Under the pieces are notes generated by a model that was given only the letters and a program-made list of their open reading frames with translations, made no database searches and was not told the origin of the DNA. The position numbers and the translations under genes are program-made. Shown here piece after piece: positions 12,598-22,584 of a stretch of DNA of 64,000 nt. Source of the stretch: an uncultured Acidobacteriota bacterium (lineage in GTDB: Bacteria > Acidobacteriota > Thermoanaerobaculia > UBA5066); the NCBI GenBank assembly GCA_963776915.1, contig CAVZPE010000013.1, positions 82,951 through 146,950 of the forward strand, written 5' to 3'. Each line of letters starts with the position of its first letter. Position 1 is the stretch's first letter.

Positions 12598-14835
12598 CTA
12601 CCGGCTGTCGCGGGCAGCCGTGGTCATCCAGATGTTTCCCTTCAGCTCGGTCGCGTCGGTCGCGACGAGCTGTCCGTCGCGGCTGAGACTGACGGAGCCC
12701 AAGGCGTTCCGGTCGCCGAGCGCGAGGGCCGGGATCAGCGGCTCCGACACAGCCGTCTCGAGGGTGATTCGGCGGAGGTGGAGGGTCGACGTCCCGTAGA
12801 GACCGGTCGCGAGGACCGCCGAGCCGTCGGGCTCGAATGCCATACCCTGTACTCCCGCCCCGCTTAGGACGGCACGCGGTTCGCCACCGGGTCGGGCATC
12901 GACGATCCAGACGTCCGTCCCATGCAGGTAGGCGATTTGCCGCGCGTCCGGAGACCAGGCCGGGAACGCGTCCGTACCGGCGCCCGTCGTTGCCGGCCAC
13001 GGGTCGCCGTCGGGCCGCCCGCCCTTCAGCGCCACCACCCACACGTTCAGATGGCCCGAGCGGTCCGAGACGAACGCGAGCCGCGACATGTCGGGCGCGT
13101 AGGACGGATGCAGGTTGTCCGCTCCGCTTCGAATCAGAGGAAACGCCGCGCCCGAGTCGAGAGGCACCGCCCAGATCTCGCGATGCCCTGATGGTATCGG
13201 CCTGAAGAAGGCGATCGTCCGTCCATCCGGCGAGAAGGCGGGCGTGGCCGCCTCGAAGGCCGTGAGCCGTCGTGGCGGCCCGACGACAAACCGCCCGTCG
13301 CGGACGTCCTGGATCCAGAGGTCCCACGGCCCGAGACGGTTCGACATCCAGACGACGGCGCTTCCGTCCGGGGCGAGTGCGGGGTGGACGTCGTCCTTGC
13401 TCGTGGCGATCCGGCTGATGGATCCCGTCTTGCGGTCGAGGAGGACGATGTCCACGTCGGACACGAAGCTCGCGAATACGAGACGGCGGCTGCCGTGCGA
13501 GAAAGACGGGTGTCTCGCGGTTCCGGTGCCCGAAATCACCTGCTCGGGCGTGCCGCCTCTCGCGGGGACACGCCAGATCGATTGGGCGCCGGAACGCCGG
13601 GACGAGAAGTAGACGTATTCGCCGTCGGGCGAGTAGACGGGCTCCGAGCCGTTGATCCCGTCGCGGGTGAGCCTTTCCGACTTTCCGCCGGCGGAAGGCA
13701 CGGCCCAGATATCCTGAAACGCGGCGTAACAAAGGCGCCTACCATCAGGGGACCAACCGGGGCTCATGTGCTCCCAAGGCCCGTCGTCGTCGCCGGTCAG
13801 GCGGACCGCTCTGGTCGGTTCGGCCATCGGCGCGACCCAGATTCGGTGCAGGCCACTCTCGGTCACACGAGAGAACGCAAGCGAGACTCCGTCCGGCGAG
13901 ACAGCAGGCGTGTCGGCGTTCTCCACGATCAGACTCGTGCTCCCGCCGAGGCGGGACACCTTTCGCACGCTTGACTCAGCGCCCTGTGTCGACACGAACG
14001 CGATCGTTCGTCCGTCCGGGAACCAGGTCGGGTTCCGGTTCTCGCCGCCGTTCGTCAGCCGAAGGGGCTCCCCTCCTTCCGTGTCCACGACCCAGATTTC
14101 CGCCTTCCCCGACGCGTTGGAGCTGTATGCGACGAGCGTCCCGTCCGGAGAGAGCGCCGGCTCGCCGTCCCATCCCGGCGAGCTCGTAATCTGTCGCGGC
14201 GGCCCCCAAGAACCTTCAAGCGACGTAGCGCGTGAGCGCACGGCCCGGCTCGCAAGAACCGCCGCTGCCGACGAGGGCGAGCGCGGCGACGAAGATCGCG
14301 GAGACGACGAGCGCCCTCCGCCGTGGTCGCGCCTCGGCGGGAGCGGACGCTGGCGTGGGCCCCGGAGGCGCGCGCAGGGCCGGTATCGCCGCCGACGACA
14401 GGCTCCGGAGCGAGAGCGCGAGGTCGTGCGCCGTGTCGTAACGGTCCTCCGGCCGTTTTTCGAGACAGCGGAGGACGATCCCGGCAAGTGCGGCGGGGAG
14501 GCCGAGAGTCTCGCACGTCGAGAGGGTCGGGCTCGGAACGGAGGATCGCCGAGAGGATGTCCGCCACGCGTCCCGCTGGAGAACGGACGCTTTCCCGGAG
14601 AGCATCTCGTAGAGGCGCAGCCCAGCGCGAAGATGTCCGTGCGGCCGTCGAGGCGCTGCCCACGAAGCTGCTCGGGCGCCATGTACGAGAGCGTTCCGAC
14701 GACCTCTCCATCCACCGAGATCGCGTCCGGCGAGGGGGACGTCTCGGATCACAACATCCGCGACGACCGTGCTCGACGAGCTTCACCAGCCCGAAGTCGA
14801 GAACTTTCACTCGGCCGTCGGTACGTGATGAAGAT
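12598..14835 (-). pseudogene. Ser/Thr protein kinase - TM - PD40/TolB-like beta-propeller gene, 5'-truncated and with a decayed kinase domain
   Basis: Only the kinase C-lobe is present, starting at ..IFIT.TDGRVKVLDFGL.. and followed by ..GTLSYMAPEQLRGQRLDGRTDIFALG.. and ..LRCLEKRPEDRY... It is spread over three frames with about 6 switches in about 600 nt. The TM segment (ALVVSAIFVAALALVG) and about 530 aa of SPDG-repeat propeller are in one intact frame. Confidence 0.75.
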
Positions 14836-15017
14836 CCTCTTGCCTTGCCGAGCACTCATCCCTAGCCGCTCAGCAGCCGCCACAACCGTCTGCCGCCCGG
14901 CCTTCACCTGCTCGAGCTCCACCAGCCGCGCCCTCTCCCTCAAGCTCAGCCCCACAATCCCCTCCATCCATGCCCCCTCTTCCAAGGGGACATTTCTATC
15001 GAGCTATCGGGGTGACA
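14830..15017 (-). mobile_element. IS remnant: terminal sequence plus N-terminal HTH of a transposase (IS481/ISNCY-like by resemblance)
   Basis: MEGIVGLSLRERARLVELEQVKAGRQTVVAAAERLGMSARQGKR.. (ATG at 14967) resembles transposase N-terminal HTH domains. It is preceded by a TGT-initiated end, TGTCACCCCGATAGCTCGATAGAAATGTCCCC (15017-14986). It breaks off where the kinase sequence begins, and no catalytic domain is present. Confidence 0.5.
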
Positions 15018-15054
15018 CTTTCATGGAGCTACGACACAGATTCCCGTCCCGTTC

Positions 15055-15083
15055 TTGACGCCCCACCCGCCTCCGCCTACACT
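15055..15083 (+). promoter_or_regulatory. sigma70-like promoter of tRNA-Thr copy 2
   Basis: Same TTGACG-17-TACACT arrangement as copy 1. Confidence 0.5.
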
Positions 15084-15104
15084 CCCCGTCCCTTCGGAAA
15101 GCGA

Positions 15105-15158
<54 letters not shown>

Positions 15159-15180
<22 letters not shown>

Positions 15181-16064
15181 GTCTTTTGTTCACCGAACCG
15201 GCGAAAGGTCCCCTCGTAGATCACGGGGCCACCCCGCGCCAGCTCACGGCCTGCCGGCGGGCGGTTGTACTCGGTGAGCGGCCCCGGCGGGTCCTTCTCG
15301 AACCCGACGCGGAGGAGCTCCTCCCTGAGCTCCGCCTCGGTCAGGAAGCACTGAGGTTCACCCGCGAACTGGGTGAACACGAACCGCTCGCCCGGGACGG
15401 GCCGGTCGTCGGGAGCAAGCGTGGCGCGGGAGAACGTGAAGACGAAGAGGCCGGCACCCGGCCGGGCGACGCGCGCCGCTTCGGCGATCGCGCGGCGGAG
15501 CTCGGCGTCCGACCGCGCGAGGTTCCAGATCCCGTGAGCGACGACGATGTCGACGCTCGCGTCGGGCAGCGGCAGTCGGTCCATGGTCGCGCGTGCGATC
15601 GCGACGCGTGCGGCGACACCCTCCGACGCGACCCGCCGGCGCGCCGCCGCGAGCATGGGCCAGGCGATGTCGGTCCCGATCACGGTGGCCCCTTCGGCCG
15701 CAACGGGTGCCGCGTTGCGGGCGGCTCCGCAGCCCACGTCGAGGACGCGCAGCCCCGGCCGGCGGGCAAGCCGGGCGCGGACGAAGGAAAGAAGAACCTG
15801 GTTGGCAGCTGCCGTCGAGAAACCCCGGACGACCCCGGCGTCTTCCCAGCGGCCCACCGCCGCGTCGGCGCCGCGAGGAGGGCGGGACGCGATGTCGGCG
15901 GGGAGCGTGGCTGCGCTGGTTTCCAAGAGCTCTCCCTCGTCCGGCCCGAACCGGGAGATCCCGGGGCCGACGCGACCATCATGCCGCGTCTTCAGGCGGA
16001 CGGGATGACGCCGGTCATACCCGCGCGACCATTTCCTCCCGATGCTGGGAACGGCGATAGACAT
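15159..16064 (-). CDS. class I SAM-dependent methyltransferase
   Basis: ..LRVLDVGCGAARNA.. (motif I) and ..VDIVVAHGIWNL... The start is uncertain (ATG at 16064 or 16109). The stop at 15159 lies 22 nt inside tRNA copy 2. Confidence 0.8.
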
Positions 16065-17409
16065 GGTCACCACGCCGGCGGCTGGCCGCCAACCGTTCTT
16101 CACGTTCATGGTCACCGCCGTCGTCCTCTCCGTCACGCTCGGCGTATCCACGGGCGGCTGGGCGATCTGGCAGATGGCCTTCGCCGCGGGAACGGTCCTG
16201 ACGTCCCACCTCCAGCTCCATGCGCACGTCCAGCTTTTCGGCTTCGCCTTCCTCTTCATCCTGGGCGTCGCATTCCAGACGCTGCCGCGCGATCCTCGCG
16301 ATTCCGCCGGCGCCGCGGCTCGTTCTCGACGCGTCGCTCATTGGCGTCGGCGGGGGTGCGCTCCTTCGTGCGATCGGCCAGCCGCTCGCTCCGTGGGCCG
16401 CGGGCCGGTTCGTGTCGCTCCTCTCGGGCGCCCTCGAGCTCGCGGGAGTCTTCGCGTTCGCGGCCTGGATCCTTCCCGTCCTCGTCTCGCGCGGCACGTC
16501 GCGCGACCCGTTCTCCCTGCACGTTCTCCTCGGGACCGTCTGGGCCGTCCTTGCCGCCGCCCTCTCCGCGGCGCAGGCCCTCTTCCTCGCGGGCCACGCG
16601 GAATCCGTGATTCCGGGCGACCTCGTCGAGCCCTTCTATGCGGTCGCGCTCTACGGCCTCTTTCTCTCGTTTGCGTTCGCCTTCTCCTCACGCATGGTCC
16701 CGTGCATTCCTCGGGCTGCCCGGCCCGACGGCGCGCAGCGCGCGGCCCCTCGCCGCGTTGCAGGCGGCGGGCGTCGTCCTTCTCGCGGCGGCGTGGTTCC
16801 CCTCCCTTTCTGCCGCCTGCGGCCCGCAGCCTCGCGCTGCTCGGCACTCTGTTCGTCGCGGGCGCCGTTCTCCTGTTCCTCGCGGCCTCGCGCCTCCTCG
16901 CCCCGTTCGCCGGGGGTCCGGGCGCGCTCTCCCTGAGGGCACCGTTCGCATTCCTCGGCCTCTTCGCGGCGCTCTCCATCGCGGCCTCCGTGGCGGAGAT
17001 CGGGGGCGACTCCATTCACAAGTTCGTGTGGGACGGCGCGCGGCACGTCTACACGATCGGGTTTCTCACCCTCCTCATCGTCGCGATGAGCCTGCACGTC
17101 GTCCCGGCGCTCACGGGCCGGACGCTCGCGCGGCGGCGCGAGGCGCGCGCGGCCTTCGCGCTCGTCGTCGCCACAGCCGCCGTGCGCGCCTTGCAGATCC
17201 CGGTCGCGCTGGGCTGGGGTGGCCTGCCCCTCTATCGTCTCGTCGGCACGACCGGGATCTTCGCGACGGTCGGGCTCCTGCTCTGGGCCCACGTGCTCTT
17301 CGCGGTCTTCGGACGAGAGGCCCCGAGGTCGGGATTCGTAATCGTGTTCCGGTTCGAGGGGCGCCCACCTAGAATCGGTCTCGAGGTCCACCGGTGCTCG
17401 CGATCCTGA
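16042..17409 (+). CDS. NnrS-like polytopic membrane protein (about 3 apparent frameshifts)
   Basis: ..HLQLHAHVQLFGFAFLFILGVAF.. (HAHxxxFGF as in NnrS, from memory). Further TM segments are read across three frames, ending ..ARHVYTIGFLTLLIVAMSLHVVPAL..LLLWAHVLFAVFG... Confidence 0.55.
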   Translation: MLGTAIDMVTTPAAGRQPFFTFMVTAVVLSVTLGVSTGGWAIWQMAFAAGTVLTSHLQLHAHVQLFGFAFLFILGVAFQTLPRDPRDSAGAAARSRRVAHWRRRGCAPSCDRPAARSVGRGPVRVAPLGRPRARGSLRVRGLDPSRPRLARHVARPVLPARSPRDRLGRPCRRPLRGAGPLPRGPRGIRDSGRPRRALLCGRALRPLSLVCVRLLLTHGPVHSSGCPARRRAARGPSPRCRRRASSFSRRRGSPPFLPPAARSLALLGTLFVAGAVLLFLAASRLLAPFAGGPGALSLRAPFAFLGLFAALSIAASVAEIGGDSIHKFVWDGARHVYTIGFLTLLIVAMSLHVVPALTGRTLARRREARAAFALVVATAAVRALQIPVALGWGGLPLYRLVGTTGIFATVGLLLWAHVLFAVFGREAPRSGFVIVFRFEGRPPRIGLEVHRCSRS

Positions 17410-17963
17410 TCCTCGCGCAGGCGGTTTCGTCGCCGACGGCCACGGCCGCGCCGGACGACGGACCGCCGCCGCCGTCGATCGTCGAGCGGATCGGAGCACC
17501 GCCCGAGCCGACTCCGTCGCCGTCTCCTCCCCTCCCGTCGCCCACGACTCGCCCTGCCGCGCCGCCCGGCGCCGCTCCCGGAGATCGTCCCGATCTCGGC
17601 TCCGCCGCTCCGACCCCCACGGCGCCGCATCCGAAGCCCATCGCGGTGCGCGGCTCCGGCGTCCGACCGCCCGTCCCCGTTCCGGCGGCGTCGCCGAAGG
17701 CAACCCGGGCTCGCGAGAGCCGCGGGAGCGCGTTCGGCGTGCACGTCAGCTCGTTCCGCAAGCGCGCGACCGCGGAGGCCGACGCGCGACGGTGGGGCGC
17801 CGAGCTGGCCCTGCCGGCGCGCGTCGTCGAGGTCGACCTCGGGACGAAGGGCGTGTGGTACCGCGTCGTCGTCGGCGAGACGGGATCGGCGGCCGAGGCG
17901 TCGGCGCTTCGCGAGCAGCTGAAGAAGAAGGGCGTTCCGGACGGCGTGGTCCAGAGGTTCTGA
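17394..17963 (+). CDS. SPOR domain-containing protein (Pro-rich linker + C-terminal SPOR)
   Basis: C-terminal sequence ..FGVHVSSFRKRATAEADARRWGAELALPARVVEVDLGTKGVWYRVVVGETGSAAEASALREQLKKKG.. fits the SPOR fold pattern. Confidence 0.8.
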   Translation: MLAILILAQAVSSPTATAAPDDGPPPPSIVERIGAPPEPTPSPSPPLPSPTTRPAAPPGAAPGDRPDLGSAAPTPTAPHPKPIAVRGSGVRPPVPVPAASPKATRARESRGSAFGVHVSSFRKRATAEADARRWGAELALPARVVEVDLGTKGVWYRVVVGETGSAAEASALREQLKKKGVPDGVVQRF

Positions 17964-17979
17964 GGGGGAGGCGGGTCGG

Positions 17980-18462
17980 ATGAAGGGAAGACTCGGGCGG
18001 CCCGCGGCGGAGGCTCGACGGCTCGCTCGTCGCCCCGCTCTGCTCCTTGCGGCCCTTGCCGCTCCGCTCCCGGTCTCGCGCGGAGGGCCCGGCGCCGACG
18101 CCGCGCGCCACGCCGGACACAGCGGCTCGCGGACGCGCACGCTCTCGTGAGAGGCGGCAAGGTCGCCGAGGCCCGGAAGATCCTCGCGGGCGTCGTCGCG
18201 TCCGAGCCGAAGAACCGCGACGCGCGAAAGGCGCTCCTCGAGGCCGCGGCGCTCATGAAGGACTGGAACGAGTGCAACGCGCAGACGGCGCTCCTCGAGC
18301 CCTTCGCCGACGGCGAGGAGGTCGACCATGTTCTACGCCGCGGTCGCCCTCCGCGAGACGGGCAGCGTCGCGAGCGCCCGGGCTCTCGTCACGCGCGCGC
18401 GGCCGTTCCTCGTGTCGAGCCGTTTCGTCGACTGGTACACGAAGGAGATCCTCGGAAACTGA
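17980..18462 (+). CDS. hypothetical secreted helical-repeat protein (two compensating frameshifts)
   Basis: ATG at 17980 with a signal-like ..RRPALLLAALAAPL... The middle part is in another frame (..GGKVAEARKILAGVVASEPKNRDARKALLEAAALMKDW..). The end returns to the first frame (..FYAAVALRETGSVASARALVTRARPF..KEILGN*). Confidence 0.45.
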
Positions 18463-18509
18463 CGGGCGCGGGAGCGTCGCGAGCTCGAGCGGACGGGCGC
18501 AGGCGACGC

Positions 18510-19080
18510 TCACGGGGTCTCCTCCAGGCAGCCGCGCAGGCGCGCGAGGGCGCGGTGGCGGACCACGCGCACGTTGCCCGGGCTCAGCCCGAGCTCGGAG
18601 CCGACCTCGTCGGAACGGCGCTCGGCGTAGAACGAGAGGACCACGACGCTGCGCTCGCGCTCGGAGAGGCGCTCGAGGCAGCGGGTCACCCGACGGAGGT
18701 CGACGGGCGGCTCGTCCGGGACCGCCACCGGCACGAGGTCCCCGCCGAAGCGTTCCAGCAGGCGCTGGCGTCGAGCCGCTCCGCGTCGCAGGTCCGCGAC
18801 GACCCGGCGGCAGGTCCCGAGGACGAAGGACGCGAGACGCTCCGATTCGCGCACCTTTCCCGCGCGGAGGCTCTCGAACGTCATGAGGAGCACGTCCTGG
18901 GCGAGGTCGTCCGCGGCCGCGGGGTCGCGGAGATGCCGCAGACCGTAGAGACGGACCCGGGGCGCCAGCCGGCGGTAGAGTTCCGCTTCCGCCGCGCGAT
19001 CCCCGCCGGCAACGCGCTCGGCGAGGTCGGAATCGCTCGTGCCGGGATGCGATCGGCGTCCGCCACGGATTCAAGAGCAT
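18510..19080 (-). CDS. ECF-type sigma factor (1 apparent frameshift near the 5' end)
   Basis: ..DLAERVAGGDRAAEAELYRRLAPRVRLYGLRHLRDPAAADDLAQDVLLMTFESLR.. and region 4 ..LSERERSVVVLSFYAERRSDEVGSELGLSPGNVRVVRHRALARLR... The ATG at 19080 is in a different frame. The 571-nt envelope is not a multiple of 3. Confidence 0.8.
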
Positions 19081-19158
19081 AGCCGAGACGTCCCACTCCG
19101 AACGGGATGTGTAACGGCGAGCCGGGTCGTTACACATCCACGGCGAGGAGGGAAGACC

Positions 19159-19911
19159 ATGATCACGAATCGCGAGGCCGGAACACGGGTCGACGAGGTC
19201 GCCGAGGGGATCTTCCGGATCAGTACCCCCGTGTCGGCCGTTCCGGGAGGGTTCACGTTCAATCAGTACCTCGTCGTGGACACGGAGCCTCTCCTCTTCC
19301 ACACGGGGCCCCGGCGGATGTTTCCGCTGGTCCGCGAGGCCGTGGCGGCGGTCCTGCCCCCCGAGAGCCTGCGCTACGTGGGGTTCTCGCACTTCGAGGC
19401 CGACGAGTGCGGGGCGCTCAACGACTTTCTCGCCGTGGCGCCGGGTGCCGTCCCGGTCTGCGGCCGGATCGCGGCCATGGTCTCGGTGGACGACGTGGCC
19501 GACCGCAAGGCCCGGGCGCTCGGCGACGGCGAGACGCTCGCCCTCGGGCGTCACTCCGTCCGATGGCTCGACGCGCCCCACGTCCCGCACGGCTGGGAAT
19601 GTGGCTTCCTCTTCGAGGAAGCCACCCGCACGCTACTCTGCGGCGACCTCTTCACGCAGGGGGGCGCCGAGCACGAGCCGGTCACGGAGTCGGACGTTCT
19701 CGAGCCCAGCGAGGCGTTCCGCGGGGCGATGGACTACTGGGCCCACGCGGCGAGCACCGGGGCGACGCTCGAGCGCCTCGCGTCGCTGGCGCCCGCGACT
19801 CTCGCCTGCATGCACGGCGCCGCGTGGCGGGGCGACGGCGGCGCGCTGCTCCGCGCCCTCGCAACCCGTCTCGGGAGCCCGGAGGCCGGCAGGCCGCGCG
19901 TCGCGGCGTGA
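19159..19911 (+). CDS. MBL-fold metallo-hydrolase-like protein
   Basis: Intact ORF with a GGAGGG SD. ..NQYLVVDTEPLLFHTG..YVGFSHFEADECGALN..WLDAPHVPHGWE.. is typical of beta-lactamase-fold/ODP-like proteins. The canonical HxHxDH motif is degenerate. Confidence 0.7.
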   Translation: MITNREAGTRVDEVAEGIFRISTPVSAVPGGFTFNQYLVVDTEPLLFHTGPRRMFPLVREAVAAVLPPESLRYVGFSHFEADECGALNDFLAVAPGAVPVCGRIAAMVSVDDVADRKARALGDGETLALGRHSVRWLDAPHVPHGWECGFLFEEATRTLLCGDLFTQGGAEHEPVTESDVLEPSEAFRGAMDYWAHAASTGATLERLASLAPATLACMHGAAWRGDGGALLRALATRLGSPEAGRPRVAA

Positions 19912-19926
19912 CGGCCGGGTGCGCCG

Positions 19927-20424
19927 TCAGAGCCCGAGCAGCCGCGCGAACTCCTCCGGGTTGCCGAGGAGCGCGCCGGCCTGCCGCTTCTTCACGCGGC
20001 CGTCCGGGCCCGTGACGAGAAAGTGCGGGACGCCCCGGATCCCCATCTTCCGGGCCCAGGCGCCGCTCGCGTCCACGAGGACCTCGCGACCGATCGCGCG
20101 GGCCATCTCCCGGCAGTTCGGCATGGCGTCCATCCCGACGACGAACGTCGTCTCGATCCCCCGTCCCTTCACGAGGTCCGCGAGCGCGCGGTCGTGCGGG
20201 AGCGACTGCCGGCAGGGCCCGCACCACGGCGCGACGTAGACGATCAGGCAGCCCTTCGCGCCGAGGCAGCGCCCGGCCGCCACGGTCTCGCCGGTGGGCG
20301 TGCCGTCCGCCGCGAGGCGCGGGAGGGCCGCGCTCGCGACCTGCTGCGGCCGGTGCGTGAGGAACCACCCGGCGCCCGCCACGAGCGCGAGGACGATGAG
20401 GATCGTCCTGCCCGAGGGACCCAT
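19927..20424 (-). CDS. membrane-anchored thioredoxin-family protein (TlpA-like)
   Basis: N-terminal TM segment ILIVLALVAGAGWFL and the active site ..YVAPWCGPCRQ... Confidence 0.85.
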   Translation of the reverse strand: MGPSGRTILIVLALVAGAGWFLTHRPQQVASAALPRLAADGTPTGETVAAGRCLGAKGCLIVYVAPWCGPCRQSLPHDRALADLVKGRGIETTFVVGMDAMPNCREMARAIGREVLVDASGAWARKMGIRGVPHFLVTGPDGRVKKRQAGALLGNPEEFARLLGL

Positions 20425-20510
20425 CGCGGGCGCGGGCCCGGCCGGGGAGAACCGGGACGGAGGAGCGGGCGGGGCCGTCCGGCCCGGGGGAGGGGTGACG
20501 GAGCCCACCG

Positions 20511-21119
20511 TCAGTGCGCGGGCGTCTGCGCCGCCGAGAACTTCGACTTCGCCGGCGCCTTCGGCGGCTTCTGCTTCTCGACGCGGTCGGCCGACTTTCC
20601 GTCGGCGGGCTTCTGGAGCGGGATCCTCACCGTGACCTTGTCGCCGACCGCGAGCCCCTCGGCGACGACGGCCTTCGCGGCGAGCGGGACGGTCCGGGTG
20701 CGGCCGTTCGCCTCCCTGATCGTGACCGAGACGCCCTTCTCGAACGCCGTCATGACGCCGCGTCACCGTGAGGTGCGCCGCCTCGACGACGGTCTTCCCG
20801 TGCGGCCCGGCGGCGGGGGTCGGGAGCGTCGCGGGAACGCCGATGCCCGGACCGGGCGCGGTCCCGCCGGTCGACGGCGGCGCGGCTGCGGAGGAGCTCG
20901 CGGGCTTCACGGCGTACGGGTCCTGTTCGTCTTCACCTAGCCGCCCTCGTCCGTCTTGCTCGGCGGCGCTCGGCCGAACGACGCCTTCCTTGTTCGTCTG
21001 GTCGGGGAGGGACGGGACGACGACGCGTCTGGGGAACGGGCGTGGGCGCGCGGCTGCTGCGAGAGGGCGGCGCCCGCGCCGCCAAGGGACAGGAGGAGGA
21101 GGACCGCGGCGCTTCTCAT
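20511..21119 (-). CDS. secreted hypothetical protein (about 2 apparent frameshifts)
   Basis: Signal peptide MRSAAVLLLLSLGGAGAALSQQ. It then continues in other frames (..KPASSSAAAPPSTGGTAPGPG..GKTVVEAAHLTVT / MTAFEKGVSVTIREANGRTRTVPLAAKAVVAEGLAVGDKVTVRIPL..). Confidence 0.45.
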
Positions 21120-21166
21120 GGCCGAATCTTACGCCGCGGTCCCGGCGACCCCGCGTGCGAGCCGCG

Positions 21167-22252
21167 TCAGCCGTGCTCTTCGGCGGCCAATTTCGCGAAA
21201 TCCTCGCGGCGAAGCTCCAGCGCCCAGCGCGCGTTGCCCGCGACGAACGCGTCGGCCGACGCCTGCAGCTCGACGAGCGTCTTCTCCACCTTCTCGCGCT
21301 GCGCGGACGTCCCCTTGAATCGGGCGAGGCCCAGCATCACGATCGCCTCGTTGCGGAAGCGGCGATCGGGAGAGATCTTTGCGACGGCGATCAGGTCGTC
21401 GACCTTGCCGTCGGCGAGTCCGTCCTTCCCGCCTGCGGAGACGTGCAGGCGCGTCGTGATCTCGGCCGTGCGCAGGCGCTGCGGGGCCGCCTCGCCCTGC
21501 ACGATGGCCGCGGCGAGCATGAGCGTGCGGTCGCCGCGCCGAGCCGCGAGCGCGTAGAGCTCTTCGGCGCCGAGCCGGATGCTCGCGAGCCCGACGAGGT
21601 CCTGGATGAGGGTCGCGTCCTCCTGTCGAAGGAGCCGGCCCCAGCGGATCGCCCGGCGGCAGTCCTCCATCGCCGAAGGCGCGTCCGGGTTCGCGGCCGC
21701 CCGCGCGGCCCAGGACTTCGCCAGGGAGAGCGCGACGAGAAGGTTGGGAATCGGCGTCGTCGCTCCCTGGCCGCTCCAGACGTCGGGATAGAACCGCATG
21801 GTCGCCTGGTCGGCCCAGGGCTCCGCCTCCGCGAGAAGCGGATCACCGGGAGGAAGGACGAGGCCGAAATCGCCGGGGCCTTCGATGCGGCGTTTCATCG
21901 CGGCTTCCGCCTCGGAGACCCGCGCGCCCCGGGGCTTCGCGAAGTCCTTGAGCCAGAGCGCGGCGTTCGCGGTGCCGTCGCCCAGCGGCGCGAGGACGTC
22001 GAGGTCCGTCTGGAATCGGACGGGCCACCTCTCGCTCTGGGGACAGGACCAGCACGGAACCGGCGGGACGTCGACCCGGACCGGGAGAGGAACGCGGGCG
22101 GCGGGAGCGCTCCGGTCGTAGCGCGGCAGCGCCGGCGCGGCGGGTCGCGCCGCGGGGCTCTGCGCGAAGACGACGAGGCGGGTTCCGAGCGTCGCGCCGA
22201 GAAGGACGACGAGAGCGAGAGCGGCGAGGACCATGGAGCGGGGACGGTTCAC
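21167..22252 (-). CDS. hypothetical exported protein with CWSC motif
   Basis: Intact 361-aa ORF with a signal-anchor MVLAALALVVLLGATLG and a ..VPCWSCPQSE.. motif. Its start overlaps the anti-sigma stop (ATGA). No family was recognised. Confidence 0.65.
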   Translation of the reverse strand: MNRPRSMVLAALALVVLLGATLGTRLVVFAQSPAARPAAPALPRYDRSAPAARVPLPVRVDVPPVPCWSCPQSERWPVRFQTDLDVLAPLGDGTANAALWLKDFAKPRGARVSEAEAAMKRRIEGPGDFGLVLPPGDPLLAEAEPWADQATMRFYPDVWSGQGATTPIPNLLVALSLAKSWAARAAANPDAPSAMEDCRRAIRWGRLLRQEDATLIQDLVGLASIRLGAEELYALAARRGDRTLMLAAAIVQGEAAPQRLRTAEITTRLHVSAGGKDGLADGKVDDLIAVAKISPDRRFRNEAIVMLGLARFKGTSAQREKVEKTLVELQASADAFVAGNARWALELRREDFAKLAAEEHG

Positions 22253-22584
22253 GAGCGGCCTCCTTCGAGGGACGGAAGGGTCTTTTCATCGACGTTCGGA
22301 AGACGGGCGATCGCGGCGAGATCGGCGTCCGGGCGGCCGGGGGCGGCCGACGCGGCGGGGGCGGGCCCGGGGACCTGCCGCGAAACGAGAAGGTTCGCGG
22401 CGGCCAGGGCGGCGACCGACGCCGCCCACGCGAGGCGGGCGGCGCGGCTCGCGAGGAGCCGCGCCCAGATGTCGGGTCGCGCGGGTTCGGCGAACGCCGC
22501 GCGCGCCGAAGACAGGGTCTGCTCGCGCAATCCCTCCGGTACGGGCGGAGGCGTGAATCCTCGAAGGACGGGGTCGTCGTTCAT
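22249..22584 (-). CDS. putative anti-sigma factor (small single-pass membrane protein)
   Basis: MNDDPVLRGFTPPPVPEGLREQ.. with a TM segment ..LAWAASVAALAAANLLV... It has ATGA overlaps with both neighbours. The call is positional. Confidence 0.55.
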   Translation of the reverse strand: MNDDPVLRGFTPPPVPEGLREQTLSSARAAFAEPARPDIWARLLASRAARLAWAASVAALAAANLLVSRQVPGPAPAASAAPGRPDADLAAIARLPNVDEKTLPSLEGGRS

